From: a virus
Lineage: Duplodnaviria; Caudoviricetes
IMG/VR virus record: IMGVR_UViG_3300012979_000039
Location: 1-64,000 of that record
Strand: one strand, 5' to 3'
Length of the DNA stretch: 64,000 bases
The notes under the pieces are model-generated. The model was not told the DNA's origin and ran no database searches. It saw nothing but the letters and a program-made list of their open reading frames with translations. Position numbers and translations under genes: made by a program. This document shows, piece after piece, positions 9,096 through 18,815 of this stretch (the first letter of the stretch is position 1; each line of letters begins with the position of its first letter).

Positions 9096-10324
9096 TGAAC
9101 CCAATGAAGAACATAACAGTAGTAGGTGCCGGTTATGTTGGCCTGGCAAACGCCTGCCTTCTGAGCAGGAAGAATAATGTGACTATCCTCGAAACCTCGT
9201 GGCATAAGGTCTTGCAACTTAACAACGCAATATCACCAATCAGTGATAAGGAGATTCAGGCTTGTCTATATGATAATATAGGCAAAACGCTCCGAGCTAC
9301 GATAGAGAAGGATGAGGCGTATAATAATGCTACCGACATGGTGGTTATTGCCGTGCCGACCAATTACGATGAAGACACCAATTACTTCGATACCTCGATT
9401 GTTGAAAGCGTTATCGCTGATGCCGAGAAACTTTGTCCCAATGCCTTAAAGGTAATCAAGTCCACTCTCCCTATTGGATTTGTGGATAGGATGGTAGAGA
9501 AAGGCTATCAAAATCTGTTTTTTAGTCCGGAGTTCCTGCGTGAAGGCAGTGCCTTGAAAGACTGCCTGAATCCTGACAGGATAATCGTGGGAACAAGCCA
9601 AGACGAGTATAAGGCAAAAGCGGAATATATCTGCAATCTATTCTTAGAATGTACAGATAAGCAAGATGTTCCAACACTTGTAACAGGGGCAGCGGAAGCA
9701 GAGGCGGTAAAACTCTTTGCCAACTCATATCTTGCTATGCGAGTGGCATTCTTCAATGAACTTGATACCTATGCAATCAAAAAGGGTTTATGTACCGAGC
9801 AGATTCTCAAAGGTGTGTGTCTTGACAAGAGGATAGGAGAGGGATATAATAACCCGTCATTCGGGTATGGGGGTTATTGCTTCCCAAAAGACACCAAGCA
9901 ACTCCTTGCCAACTATGAGGGTATACCGCAGAAGCTTGTGAGAGCGATTGTAGAAGCGAATCCTACGAGGAAAATGGCAATAGTAAATGATATATACCAC
10001 AAGATAAAGAACAGCGAAAATACAGCAGTAAAAGTCGGTATATATCGAATTGCCATGAAGGCAGGATCCGATAATTATAGGATGAGTGCAAGTATCGATA
10101 TTGCAGAGGAGTTGCAGAAACTCGGAATTGATGTCGTAATATACGAGGATGCGTCAATCTTCCCTTGCGGAAATATTAACGAGATACCTGTGGTGCATCA
10201 TTTTGACTTATTTGCCAAAAATGTGGATATCATAGTTGCTAATAGAATTGACAATAGGCTTGAACAAATCAAGAAACAAGGTCATCCCGAAATATACAGC
10301 AGGGATGTTTACAACGACAATTAG
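9095..10324 (+). CDS. ugd: UDP-glucose 6-dehydrogenase
   Basis: GAGYVG; AVPTNYD; IKST; FSPEFLREG; EAEAVKLFANSYLA.R; NPSFGYGGYCFPKD with catalytic Cys. Confidence 0.95.
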   Translation: MNPMKNITVVGAGYVGLANACLLSRKNNVTILETSWHKVLQLNNAISPISDKEIQACLYDNIGKTLRATIEKDEAYNNATDMVVIAVPTNYDEDTNYFDTSIVESVIADAEKLCPNALKVIKSTLPIGFVDRMVEKGYQNLFFSPEFLREGSALKDCLNPDRIIVGTSQDEYKAKAEYICNLFLECTDKQDVPTLVTGAAEAEAVKLFANSYLAMRVAFFNELDTYAIKKGLCTEQILKGVCLDKRIGEGYNNPSFGYGGYCFPKDTKQLLANYEGIPQKLVRAIVEANPTRKMAIVNDIYHKIKNSENTAVKVGIYRIAMKAGSDNYRMSASIDIAEELQKLGIDVVIYEDASIFPCGNINEIPVVHHFDLFAKNVDIIVANRIDNRLEQIKKQGHPEIYSRDVYNDN

Positions 10325-10387
10325 AATAGGCTGAGGGGAAAGTCGTGATTTCGGTCTTTTCCCTTTCGCCTTATTAGGAGGAAACAT

Positions 10388-10837
10388 ATGGGTGTAAGTG
10401 TAAAGAAACCAAAGATAAAGGACTTTATGAGAGCCTGTGAGGCAACAAAAGGAGACCTCACGAAAATGGCTGTTGCGTTTAATGTCACGAGACGCACTGT
10501 TAGGAACTGGTGTAATGCTGATGCAAGATTTCAGGAGGCATTGGACGAGTACCGCGGCCGTTCTCTTGACGAGTGTCTTAACAGGGCAAAGCAACTTGCT
10601 CTTGGCATTCCGAAGATTGTAGAGAAGGATGGAAAGCAGGTCATTGCCGGGTGGATTGAAAAGCCGGACGGATATATGCTTCGCTATCTTATTGGCAAGC
10701 TCGGCAAGGATGAAGGCTTCGGCGAGAGCATTGACATCACAAGCAAGGGTGAGAGCATCAAGCCAGACCCAATCGTCATTGAGGTTATCGACAGCAGGGA
10801 CAAAGTTGCTAAATCAAGCGAAGAAACAGAGGAGTAA
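10388..10837 (+). CDS. terS: terminase small subunit
   Basis: HTH (AVAFNVTRRTVRNW); C-terminal DITSKGESI; lies upstream of terL. Confidence 0.65.
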   Translation: MGVSVKKPKIKDFMRACEATKGDLTKMAVAFNVTRRTVRNWCNADARFQEALDEYRGRSLDECLNRAKQLALGIPKIVEKDGKQVIAGWIEKPDGYMLRYLIGKLGKDEGFGESIDITSKGESIKPDPIVIEVIDSRDKVAKSSEETEE

Positions 10838-10839
10838 TT

Positions 10840-11700
10840 ATGGAAAATAATAGTTCAAAAGAATTTAAGTCGTTTTTTAAGAAAGTGACAGGCAATGAGG
10901 GAGAAAGGTGTCATTATCCGACAAGGCTTGATACTTATGGCTGTGGTTGTAGCCACGATTGTTCATATTGTTACGCGAAGTCTTTATTGGATTTTCGAAA
11001 GCTATGGAACCCGTCGCACCCGACAACAGCAAACTATGAGAAGGTTATCCGCACTATAAGAAGAAACCTTAAAGAGGGAGATATAGTAAGGCTCGGAGGT
11101 ATGACCGACTGTTTCCAGGCTATTGAGAGGGAAAGGAGGGTTACTTATAAGGCTATCGAGGAACTTAATAAGAGAAATGTTGGCTACTTGATAGTAACTA
11201 AGTCTGACCTTGTAGCAAGTGACGAATATATGCAATTAATGAGAAAAGACCTTGCTCATATTCAGATTAGCATAACGACTACTGATGATAATTTATGCAA
11301 GACTTATGAGAAAGCTCCTTCTACCTCAAGGCATATTGCAGCGATTGAGAAGTTGCAGGCAGCGGGGTTTGATGTTCAAGTGAGGCTTTCCCCATATATC
11401 CCAGAAATTGTAGACCTTGAAAAGATTGGTGCCATAAAATGCGAGAAGTTATTGGTTGAGTTCCTACGAGCTAATACCTGGATAAAGAGGTGGTTCCCGC
11501 AGGTTGATTACTCCGCATATTCATTATTTCATAAAGGGTATAATCACTTGCCGCTTGACCGTAAGATAAACCTTATAAACGACATAAAATCCGTATGGGA
11601 CAAAGAGGTATCGGTATGTGAAGATGTGCCGGAACATCAAGATTATTGGAATGAGTATATAAATTCTAATCCCGACGACTGTTGCAACCTTAGAAAGTAA
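10840..11700 (+). CDS. radical SAM protein, spore-photoproduct-lyase-like
   Basis: C.HDCSYC CxxxCxxC; RLGGMTDCFQ; LIVTKS; QISIT; VRLSP. Confidence 0.8.
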   Translation: MENNSSKEFKSFFKKVTGNEGERCHYPTRLDTYGCGCSHDCSYCYAKSLLDFRKLWNPSHPTTANYEKVIRTIRRNLKEGDIVRLGGMTDCFQAIERERRVTYKAIEELNKRNVGYLIVTKSDLVASDEYMQLMRKDLAHIQISITTTDDNLCKTYEKAPSTSRHIAAIEKLQAAGFDVQVRLSPYIPEIVDLEKIGAIKCEKLLVEFLRANTWIKRWFPQVDYSAYSLFHKGYNHLPLDRKINLINDIKSVWDKEVSVCEDVPEHQDYWNEYINSNPDDCCNLRK

Positions 11701-12891
11701 ATGCCGAAGATACAGGTAAATAGGGTTTATCACGAGATAGAGAGTGCATATAAGGCAGGCTATACAACCGTATCAGAACAAGGATCATCCCGCAGCGGAA
11801 AAACGATGAATACAGTTATATGGCTTGTCGTGTTTCTCTTAATGCATCCGGGGCTGTTGCTTTCTGTTGTGCGAAAGACGCTACCGGCTCTTAAAGGTTC
11901 AGTATTAAGGGACTTTAAGGAAGTAATGCTCAATATAGGCGTATGGAACGATAAGTCGTTCAACAAGTCAGAACTTATCTATACATTCCCTAACGGCAGT
12001 CAGATAGAGTTTTTTAGTACAGATGACGAGCAGAAAATCCGCGGACGAAAGCGACATATCCTGTATGCTAATGAAGCTAATGAACTTGCGGAGATTGAGT
12101 GGCAGCAGTTGAAGATGCGTACCACGATGTTCTCCATTATGGACTATAACCCTTCGTTCTCCGAGGAGCATTGGATTAATGCAGTTAACGCAGACCCTCG
12201 AACCTATCACTTTATCACGACATACAAAGACAATCCGTTCCTTGAGCAGACGGTCATTGACGAAATCGAAAGCCTCAAGTACAAGAACAAGACGCTCTGG
12301 CAGGTCTATGGACTGGGACTACGTGCGATTGTCGAGGGACTTGTGTTCAAGCATTTTGACATCGTTGACGAGGTGCCCGAATATGCCAAAAAGAAGCGTT
12401 GGAGAGGTATGGATTTTGGGTTTTCATCAGATCCAACAGCCATTATTGATGTCTTTCCTTACCAAGATATCTTATATGTTGATGAACTCTGTTACAACAC
12501 GGAAATGCTTACTACTGATATAGTGCAGGTATTAAAAGCAAATGACCCTCTTGTTGAAACAATCTCTGAGAGTGCTGACCCCCGACTGATACAGGAAATC
12601 TACCGTGCGGGAATCAATATACACCCTGTTCATAAATTCCCTGGTAGTATTGAGGCAGGAATCACGAAACTTCTTGAGTTTAAAATTAAAATTACAAAGA
12701 GGAGTTTTAATCTGATAAAGGAGTTCAGAAATTACACATATGCTCAAGACAAGGAGGGAAAGTGGCTGAATAAGCCAGTGGACTGTTGGAATCACGGAAT
12801 CGACAGCTTACGCTATGTCTGCCTTATGAAGATTCTCGGCGGCAAACCACGCCCTGTAAACCTCTCGAAGATAGCAAATAAGGCATACTAA
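11701..12891 (+). CDS. terL: terminase large subunit (PBSX family)
   Basis: Walker A EQGSSRSGKT; ANEANE; DYNP; TYKDNPFL; GMDFGFSSDP; SESADP; NHGIDSLRY. Confidence 0.95.
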   Translation: MPKIQVNRVYHEIESAYKAGYTTVSEQGSSRSGKTMNTVIWLVVFLLMHPGLLLSVVRKTLPALKGSVLRDFKEVMLNIGVWNDKSFNKSELIYTFPNGSQIEFFSTDDEQKIRGRKRHILYANEANELAEIEWQQLKMRTTMFSIMDYNPSFSEEHWINAVNADPRTYHFITTYKDNPFLEQTVIDEIESLKYKNKTLWQVYGLGLRAIVEGLVFKHFDIVDEVPEYAKKKRWRGMDFGFSSDPTAIIDVFPYQDILYVDELCYNTEMLTTDIVQVLKANDPLVETISESADPRLIQEIYRAGINIHPVHKFPGSIEAGITKLLEFKIKITKRSFNLIKEFRNYTYAQDKEGKWLNKPVDCWNHGIDSLRYVCLMKILGGKPRPVNLSKIANKAY

Positions 12892-12923
12892 GTGATTGTA
12901 ATGTAAATATTTTGTTATCTTTG
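12890..12923 (+). promoter_or_regulatory. promoter with AAGTGATT box upstream of portal
   Basis: AAGTGATTGTAATGTAAAT at 12890; TATCTTTG at 12916-12923. Confidence 0.6.
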
Positions 12924-12983
12924 CGTGGTGATTACGATATAATCATAATAGTTTCAAAGGCACATCCAAGACATTCTCCACAG

Positions 12984-14456
12984 ATGAAAGACATCCAAGA
13001 CATCATTCGCAGAGCCAAAGAGGGACAAGATGTTGTGTCCGAACTTATGGCAAAATCTGTTTCAGTCCCAAGTTGGGAACTTGCACTCAAGTACGAATAC
13101 GACACAAGGTTACACCCGGTTATGAATAAAGAGAAATATCCTGACATAGTGCTGTATGAGGAAAGAGTGTCGGAAACGGATGTTGACGAATACGGCAGAC
13201 CGAAAGCCGTCAAAGTGGCTACCGGAGTAGAAAAGGTCAGCCGTGTGACTTATGACCTTATGAGGCTCGCCGTCAAGAGAACGACAGAGCTGTGTTTTGG
13301 TATTCCTATCAAGCGCATCTACAAGCCGGAGAAAGATAACGAGAAGCAGAAAGAGATTGCCCGTTACCTCGAAAATATATTCCAGAGGAATAGAATCAAC
13401 TCGGTCAATATAGACCGAAGCAACAAACTGTATTCGTCTTGCGAGGTCGCTACTATCTGGTATGCTGTCAGGGAGGATAATAATTACTATGGGTTCAACA
13501 GCAAACTAAAACTCCGCTGTGCTACTTATTCTCCTATGCAGGGCGACAGCATCTATCCACTCTATGATGAAACGGGCGACCTTGTTGCTCTGTCGTTTAA
13601 GTACACTCGCAAGGTTGCAGATAAGGATGTGTCATTCTTCGACACATATACCGCCGATACTCATATCGCTTGGAGCAATACAGGGGAACTTGGTTGGAGC
13701 CTTAGCGGACAAGTAGAGCCGATTGCTATTGGCAAGATTCCGGCAGTGTATCGCTACCGCAGACAGCCTGCATGGGAAGACCGTGCGCCGATTGTCTATG
13801 AAATGGAATGGGCGGTCAGCAGAAACGGAAACTATCTCAGGACAAACAGCAGACCTATCCTTATGGCGGCGGTCAATGAGGAGGTAGGCTATGGTAACGA
13901 GCCGAAAGCAGATGCGGCATTCCGCGATATTGTCCAGTACCCACAAGGCTCGACGCTCCAGTATGTGACTTGGAACCAGGCAATCGACAACCTCAAGTTC
14001 TATGTCGAGGAGTTGAAGCAGTCGTTCTTCACTCAGCTGCAGCTCCCTGACTGGAGTTACGAGAACATGAAGACAAGCCCGATGTCGGGCGAGGCTCGCA
14101 AGCAGCTCTTTATCGACTGCCACCTCAAAGTGAAAGACGAAGCTGGCGACTGGATTGAGTTCTTTGACCGCGAGGTAAATGTGGTAAAGGCGTTCCTCAA
14201 GCAGATGCTCCCACAGGACTGGCACAATGATATTGACGCTCTCGTTGTGGAGAATCAGATGACCCCTTACATCATTGACGACCGCAAGGAAGATGCAGAG
14301 ATCCTTCTACTCAAGAACGGACAGAAGCCGCTGATGTCGCAGCGTGAGTCAATCCAGGCACTCGGCGAAAGTGAGGATGTGGATGCTACTCTTGCGGAAA
14401 TCCAGCAAGAAAGTGCCGCTTCTTTGGTGTCTGACGCACTTGGACTTGCACAATAA
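12984..14456 (+). CDS. portal protein (SPP1 gp6-like)
   Basis: Follows terL; about 490 aa; SGEARKQLF.D..LK motif. Confidence 0.85.
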   Translation: MKDIQDIIRRAKEGQDVVSELMAKSVSVPSWELALKYEYDTRLHPVMNKEKYPDIVLYEERVSETDVDEYGRPKAVKVATGVEKVSRVTYDLMRLAVKRTTELCFGIPIKRIYKPEKDNEKQKEIARYLENIFQRNRINSVNIDRSNKLYSSCEVATIWYAVREDNNYYGFNSKLKLRCATYSPMQGDSIYPLYDETGDLVALSFKYTRKVADKDVSFFDTYTADTHIAWSNTGELGWSLSGQVEPIAIGKIPAVYRYRRQPAWEDRAPIVYEMEWAVSRNGNYLRTNSRPILMAAVNEEVGYGNEPKADAAFRDIVQYPQGSTLQYVTWNQAIDNLKFYVEELKQSFFTQLQLPDWSYENMKTSPMSGEARKQLFIDCHLKVKDEAGDWIEFFDREVNVVKAFLKQMLPQDWHNDIDALVVENQMTPYIIDDRKEDAEILLLKNGQKPLMSQRESIQALGESEDVDATLAEIQQESAASLVSDALGLAQ

Positions 14457-14535
14457 GGTGTATTCCGCTGTTTTCGCTTATAGAAACCGGGCAAATTTCG
14501 ATTCAAATATCCTTGAAAGGTAATTTATTATCCGA

Positions 14536-17500
14536 ATGGCAGAAACCCCGAAAAACCCCGTTATTCTTGATTCTTTTGACAAGAAGCATTTGCAACAGAT
14601 AGCGGCACTTGAAAACAAGGTAGCCGCTATCTATGCTGAACTGTGCAAAGAGGTCGGGGTAGTCGGAACGCTGTTCGGTGGTAAAGTGGACTTGGAAAAG
14701 GTCTTTAAACTCGGCGACTATCCTGAAATCAATAAGAAAGTTGACCAGATTATCGAAAGCCTACACGACAGGCTCGGCTCGGCAATCGTTGATGGAGTGA
14801 CGGCTCAATGGCAGCTCGCTAACGAGAAGAACGATGACCTTGTGCGAAAGGTGTTCGGCAAAGACCTTGACAACCTTACGGAAGACCAGATAACGCGGTA
14901 TTTTACAAGCAATCAATCGGCTCTTGACGCATTTCTCAAGCGAAAGGACAAAGGGCTGGGGTTGTCTCAAAAAGTGTGGAAGTATGCGAAAGAAGCGAAA
15001 GTGGACATTGAAAGTGCGCTCGAACTTGGAATCAAGACAGGGCAGTCCGCATCGTCAATGGCAAGAGACCTCAAGCAGTATCTCAAGGAGCCGGACAAAC
15101 TGTTTAGGAGAGTACGCGACAAAGAAGGAAAACTGCACCTATCGAAAGCAGCACAAGCATACCACCCCGGACGAGGAGTGTACCGAAGCAGTTACAAGAA
15201 CGCCCTCCGTCTTGCGGTGACGGAGGCAAATATGGCTTACCGCGCATCTGACTATGAGAGGGTGCAGAACTTTGACTTCGTTGTGGGTATTGAAGTGCGG
15301 TTATCAAACAATCATACACTTAACGGAAAGCCTTTCTACGACATCTGCGACGAACTCAAGGGCAAGTATCCAAAGGACTTCAAGTTCAGAGGCTGGCATC
15401 CGTTCTGCTATTCAAAGGATTCAGAAGTGCTGACAGCACAAGGCTGGAAGAAATTTGCCGATGTTACATTTGAGGATTCTATCATTTCCCTTAATCCGGA
15501 AACAAGAGAGGTTGAATATGTTGGCATAACAGCCAAGCAGCAGTATTGGTATGCAGGACTTATGTGCCGGTTCTATAATAAGACGCTCGACTGTCTTGTT
15601 ACTCCTGACCACTCTATGGTGTATCTTAATAAGCGTGACGGAGAAATTAGAAACTGCCAGGCAAAGGACTATACAAAGGGCAAAGGAGGGTTCTATCGCT
15701 CTGCAATGAATAGCACACAAGATAGACCTCATATCTGCATTGGTGGTTCCTGCTATAAGTTTGACGCATTCTGTGAGTTTATGGGCTATTGGCTTTCTGA
15801 CGGAAGTCTTGAACATAATAGTGGCGTTAGTATATCTCAGAATGTAGGGGAGAAAGCGAGAGAAGACATTGTAGCGTGTGTCAAGAGACTTGGCTTTGAA
15901 CCTAAGTTGAGAAACGATAAGGTGCTGTTCTATAATGCACGATTCAATGCTTATCTCAAGCAGTTTGGATATAGTTACACGAAATATGTTCCAGAAGAGA
16001 TAAAGACCGCTTCTGCTCGACAGATAAAGATATTCCTTGACGCTTTTATCAAGTGTGACGGTCACGAAAGACCTTGTAAATCGTTTGTCGGTAATCACGG
16101 CAATGTGTTTGCATCGCAGAATGGAGAGAAGATGTATTTTACAACCTCTCCAAGAATGGCAGGTGATTTGTGCGAGTGTATGCTTAAAGTAGGGCACAGG
16201 CCAAGTGTTGCTGTTAGTGAACCACATACAGCAGTCAAGAAAGATGGCACAATCATTCAAGGAAACAAGCCGCATTATTCGATAAGGGAGTGCGGGTCTA
16301 TTACCTCTACTGTGTTCGACAAAGAGGAAGTGGGATACTCTGACTATGTATATGATTTGACCCTTGAAAGGAATCACATTATGTACATCAAGAGGAATGG
16401 AAAGTGCTTTTGGGGTTCAAACTGCCGTTGCCACGCAATTACTATCCTCAAGACAAGGGAAGAACTTATGGCTGACAACGAGCGTATCCTTGACGGGCAA
16501 GAGCCTACCGAGGAAAGCGTAAACTCTGTGAATGACTTGCCTGATAATTTCAAGGCTTGGGCGGTCAAGAACAAGAGCCGAATCCTCGCAGCTGACGAAA
16601 GGGGCACTCTCCCTTACTTTATTACCGACAACCCATATAGCGTGAACAGCGCAATCGGTCAGCCTTTGGCAAGTATCAAGGTGCCGCTTTGGTATGCCCA
16701 TAACGCACAGGTCAAGGAGGTGCAGGGTAAGCTCAAGGAAATCAAGTCATGGACTCTGGAACACCCTAAGGCAAAGAAGTTTGTTGGCCAGATCAATGAT
16801 GTGGAATCGGCGATTGCTAACGGAGCCTCTATTGAGGATATATTGGCTCAATTTAATATTCTGGACCATGATTATAAGTTTAGGGTAAGCCACGATGCTT
16901 ATTTAGCACGAAAGAAAGCGGAAGCAGCCAAGAAGCCTACCGCCCTTGATATTGCGAAGAAGCGTCACGAAAGCAGAACGCAGGAGCAGATTGACAAGAT
17001 TAGAGTTGAGTGGGGCAAAAGAACTATCAGACAACTTAATCAGGCTATTGATGACGGATTGCTGCCACAGGAAGTATTCGGCAAGACCGGCGATATGTAT
17101 ATGATGCTTAAGGAAGGTAACTTTGGTGCATTCAACAAGGCTGCATTACCTCTGCAGAAGGCTATCGCAAGACATAAGGCACGAACCCCTGAAATTAAGA
17201 AGGCAATACAAGACGCTTGGGACTTCCGTAAAGAGGCAATCCTCAAGGACGAGCAGTTCCTCTCTGCTCTCATTCCTAATGTCAAGGATTGGAAGAAGCA
17301 GTTTAGCAGCAAGAAACTCCACGAGGTTTACGATGCCGTTGAGAAGAAGATGGCTCAAATCAATGCACTTCCTCTTGATCAGCAGATTAAGGCTCTTAAC
17401 AAGGAAATCCTGTATGTGTCCGATGCGACATATCTCAAGCCTCATACTCTCTATCCTACTTGGCAGGTGTCACAGGCCGCTTATTATAAGCAACTTGGTG

Positions 17501-18507
17501 CAGTCCAGTACAAGATTAGCGTCAAAGGTGTTCAAGATACTCTTAAACCTATCAATGATTGGTTAGCGAATCATCCGAAGGTCAAAAAGCTTGCAGGATT
17601 GGTTGATGAGGTCGAAGACCTTATCAATAGCGGAGCTGATATTAGCACAATCAATGCAAAACTCTCGTCGGTTACTGCCGAATACAAGAATAAACTTTAT
17701 GATGAACAGCATGCTGCGAAACTTAAAGCAAAGAAACTGAACAAGGCGAGTGAGTCTTTTGATGATTCAATATTTACGAAAGAGAAAAGAGATAATGCCG
17801 TTTGGCATAAGACAGCGAAAGAGGCGGACGACTACTTCCATGAAAACGCAGTGGAGTTTTGGACCAAAGTTACTCAACAAGAGAAAGAAGCATTATGGGG
17901 TTACACAGCGGGTTCTGGCTATATCACAGAGCCGCTACGAGCAATCCCAGGGCATTATTACTATTATTCAAGTAAGTTCAAGAAAACTGAAAACCATATT
18001 CAGTGGCTTACAGATGCACTACATAAGCAGCACTTAAAAGATGATACGTGGTTAAAAAGAGACTCTGACCCTTGGAATATTGATTATATATTCAAGATTG
18101 ATCTTAGTAAGTATAAGAAAGACCCTTCTGCTTTGGTGGGTAAAGTTGGACTTGAAGATAGCTTCCAATCTTGCGGTTCTTGTAGGGAGACAAGGTTTAC
18201 GGCAACTGGACCAAAGAAAGTCATAATGAATCTCTATTGTCCGAAAGGCACTCCGGCAGCTTATGCACAGCCTTGGTCATCTTGTGGTACATATGGCCAG
18301 AGTTGGGATGGAATAAAGAAAGCTAATCCTGAACCTTGGAGTGAAAACGAAGTGCTATTGCAGCGAGGCGCAAAGATGCGAATTACTAAAGCGGAATATG
18401 ATAGTGTTAGCGATATGTGGTATATTGATGTTGATGTGATAGGATTTGATATACGAGACTTTGACTTGATACAGGAATCTTCTGGATATTATTGCAGATA
18501 TAAGTAG
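14536..18507 (+). CDS. MuF/gp7 minor head protein with intein and C-terminal ADP-ribosyltransferase toxin domain
   Basis: RL.VTE..MAYR and C-D-L-G-YPK...WHPF/CRC MuF motifs split by the intein; C-terminal YT..SGYI...LR, LKR, FQSCG, CPKG, ENEVLLQRG (R-S-ExE ART motif). Confidence 0.85.
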   Translation: MAETPKNPVILDSFDKKHLQQIAALENKVAAIYAELCKEVGVVGTLFGGKVDLEKVFKLGDYPEINKKVDQIIESLHDRLGSAIVDGVTAQWQLANEKNDDLVRKVFGKDLDNLTEDQITRYFTSNQSALDAFLKRKDKGLGLSQKVWKYAKEAKVDIESALELGIKTGQSASSMARDLKQYLKEPDKLFRRVRDKEGKLHLSKAAQAYHPGRGVYRSSYKNALRLAVTEANMAYRASDYERVQNFDFVVGIEVRLSNNHTLNGKPFYDICDELKGKYPKDFKFRGWHPFCYSKDSEVLTAQGWKKFADVTFEDSIISLNPETREVEYVGITAKQQYWYAGLMCRFYNKTLDCLVTPDHSMVYLNKRDGEIRNCQAKDYTKGKGGFYRSAMNSTQDRPHICIGGSCYKFDAFCEFMGYWLSDGSLEHNSGVSISQNVGEKAREDIVACVKRLGFEPKLRNDKVLFYNARFNAYLKQFGYSYTKYVPEEIKTASARQIKIFLDAFIKCDGHERPCKSFVGNHGNVFASQNGEKMYFTTSPRMAGDLCECMLKVGHRPSVAVSEPHTAVKKDGTIIQGNKPHYSIRECGSITSTVFDKEEVGYSDYVYDLTLERNHIMYIKRNGKCFWGSNCRCHAITILKTREELMADNERILDGQEPTEESVNSVNDLPDNFKAWAVKNKSRILAADERGTLPYFITDNPYSVNSAIGQPLASIKVPLWYAHNAQVKEVQGKLKEIKSWTLEHPKAKKFVGQINDVESAIANGASIEDILAQFNILDHDYKFRVSHDAYLARKKAEAAKKPTALDIAKKRHESRTQEQIDKIRVEWGKRTIRQLNQAIDDGLLPQEVFGKTGDMYMMLKEGNFGAFNKAALPLQKAIARHKARTPEIKKAIQDAWDFRKEAILKDEQFLSALIPNVKDWKKQFSSKKLHEVYDAVEKKMAQINALPLDQQIKALNKEILYVSDATYLKPHTLYPTWQVSQAAYYKQLGAVQYKISVKGVQDTLKPINDWLANHPKVKKLAGLVDEVEDLINSGADISTINAKLSSVTAEYKNKLYDEQHAAKLKAKKLNKASESFDDSIFTKEKRDNAVWHKTAKEADDYFHENAVEFWTKVTQQEKEALWGYTAGSGYITEPLRAIPGHYYYYSSKFKKTENHIQWLTDALHKQHLKDDTWLKRDSDPWNIDYIFKIDLSKYKKDPSALVGKVGLEDSFQSCGSCRETRFTATGPKKVIMNLYCPKGTPAAYAQPWSSCGTYGQSWDGIKKANPEPWSENEVLLQRGAKMRITKAEYDSVSDMWYIDVDVIGFDIRDFDLIQESSGYYCRYK
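15406..16422 (+). mobile_element. intein with LAGLIDADG homing endonuclease (339 aa)
   Basis: Begins CYSKDSEVLT..GWK; block B LVTPDH; FMGYWLSDG and FLDAFIKCDG; ends VYDLTL..NH......WGSN before Cys+1; splicing restores WHPFCRC. Confidence 0.9.
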
Positions 18508-18518
18508 GGATAACTGCC

Positions 18519-18815
18519 CTACTTATAAAGCTGCGAATAAAAAGATTTGAAAGCCTCGATGTCTTCCCTTTCGGTATATTGGAAGTACCTATTCATAAGA
18601 AACGCTTTAAGCGAAATAGGAACCGCATCATCTTTAGCAAAGTGAATCATTCCGTGTGCCATATAGTCGCTAAAAGCGTCTGAAAGCATTTCTTCGCTTG
18701 CGTGTACCCACAAAGCTTCAATTTTCCACGCTGTGAGTCGTGGGTCTCTTATACTAAAAGGAGGTGTCTTCTCTCCTTTATAGAATCGACAGTAATCATT
18801 TTTTTTCATTATCAA
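18519..18815 (-). CDS. hypothetical protein coupled to the ADP-ribosylhydrolase
   Basis: 98 aa, CRFYKGE motif; overlaps the ARH stop codon. Confidence 0.65.
   Translation of the reverse strand: MIMKKNDYCRFYKGEKTPPFSIRDPRLTAWKIEALWVHASEEMLSDAFSDYMAHGMIHFAKDDAVPISLKAFLMNRYFQYTEREDIEAFKSFYSQLYK

Noticed and set aside
8157-10324. Host capsule locus or chimeric contig
   Set aside because: The genes overlap phage genes on both sides in one operon, and no Wzx/Wzy or other capsule genes are present.
15421-16377. 318-aa minus-strand ORF inside the intein
   Set aside because: Antisense shadow of the intein; no recognisable motifs.
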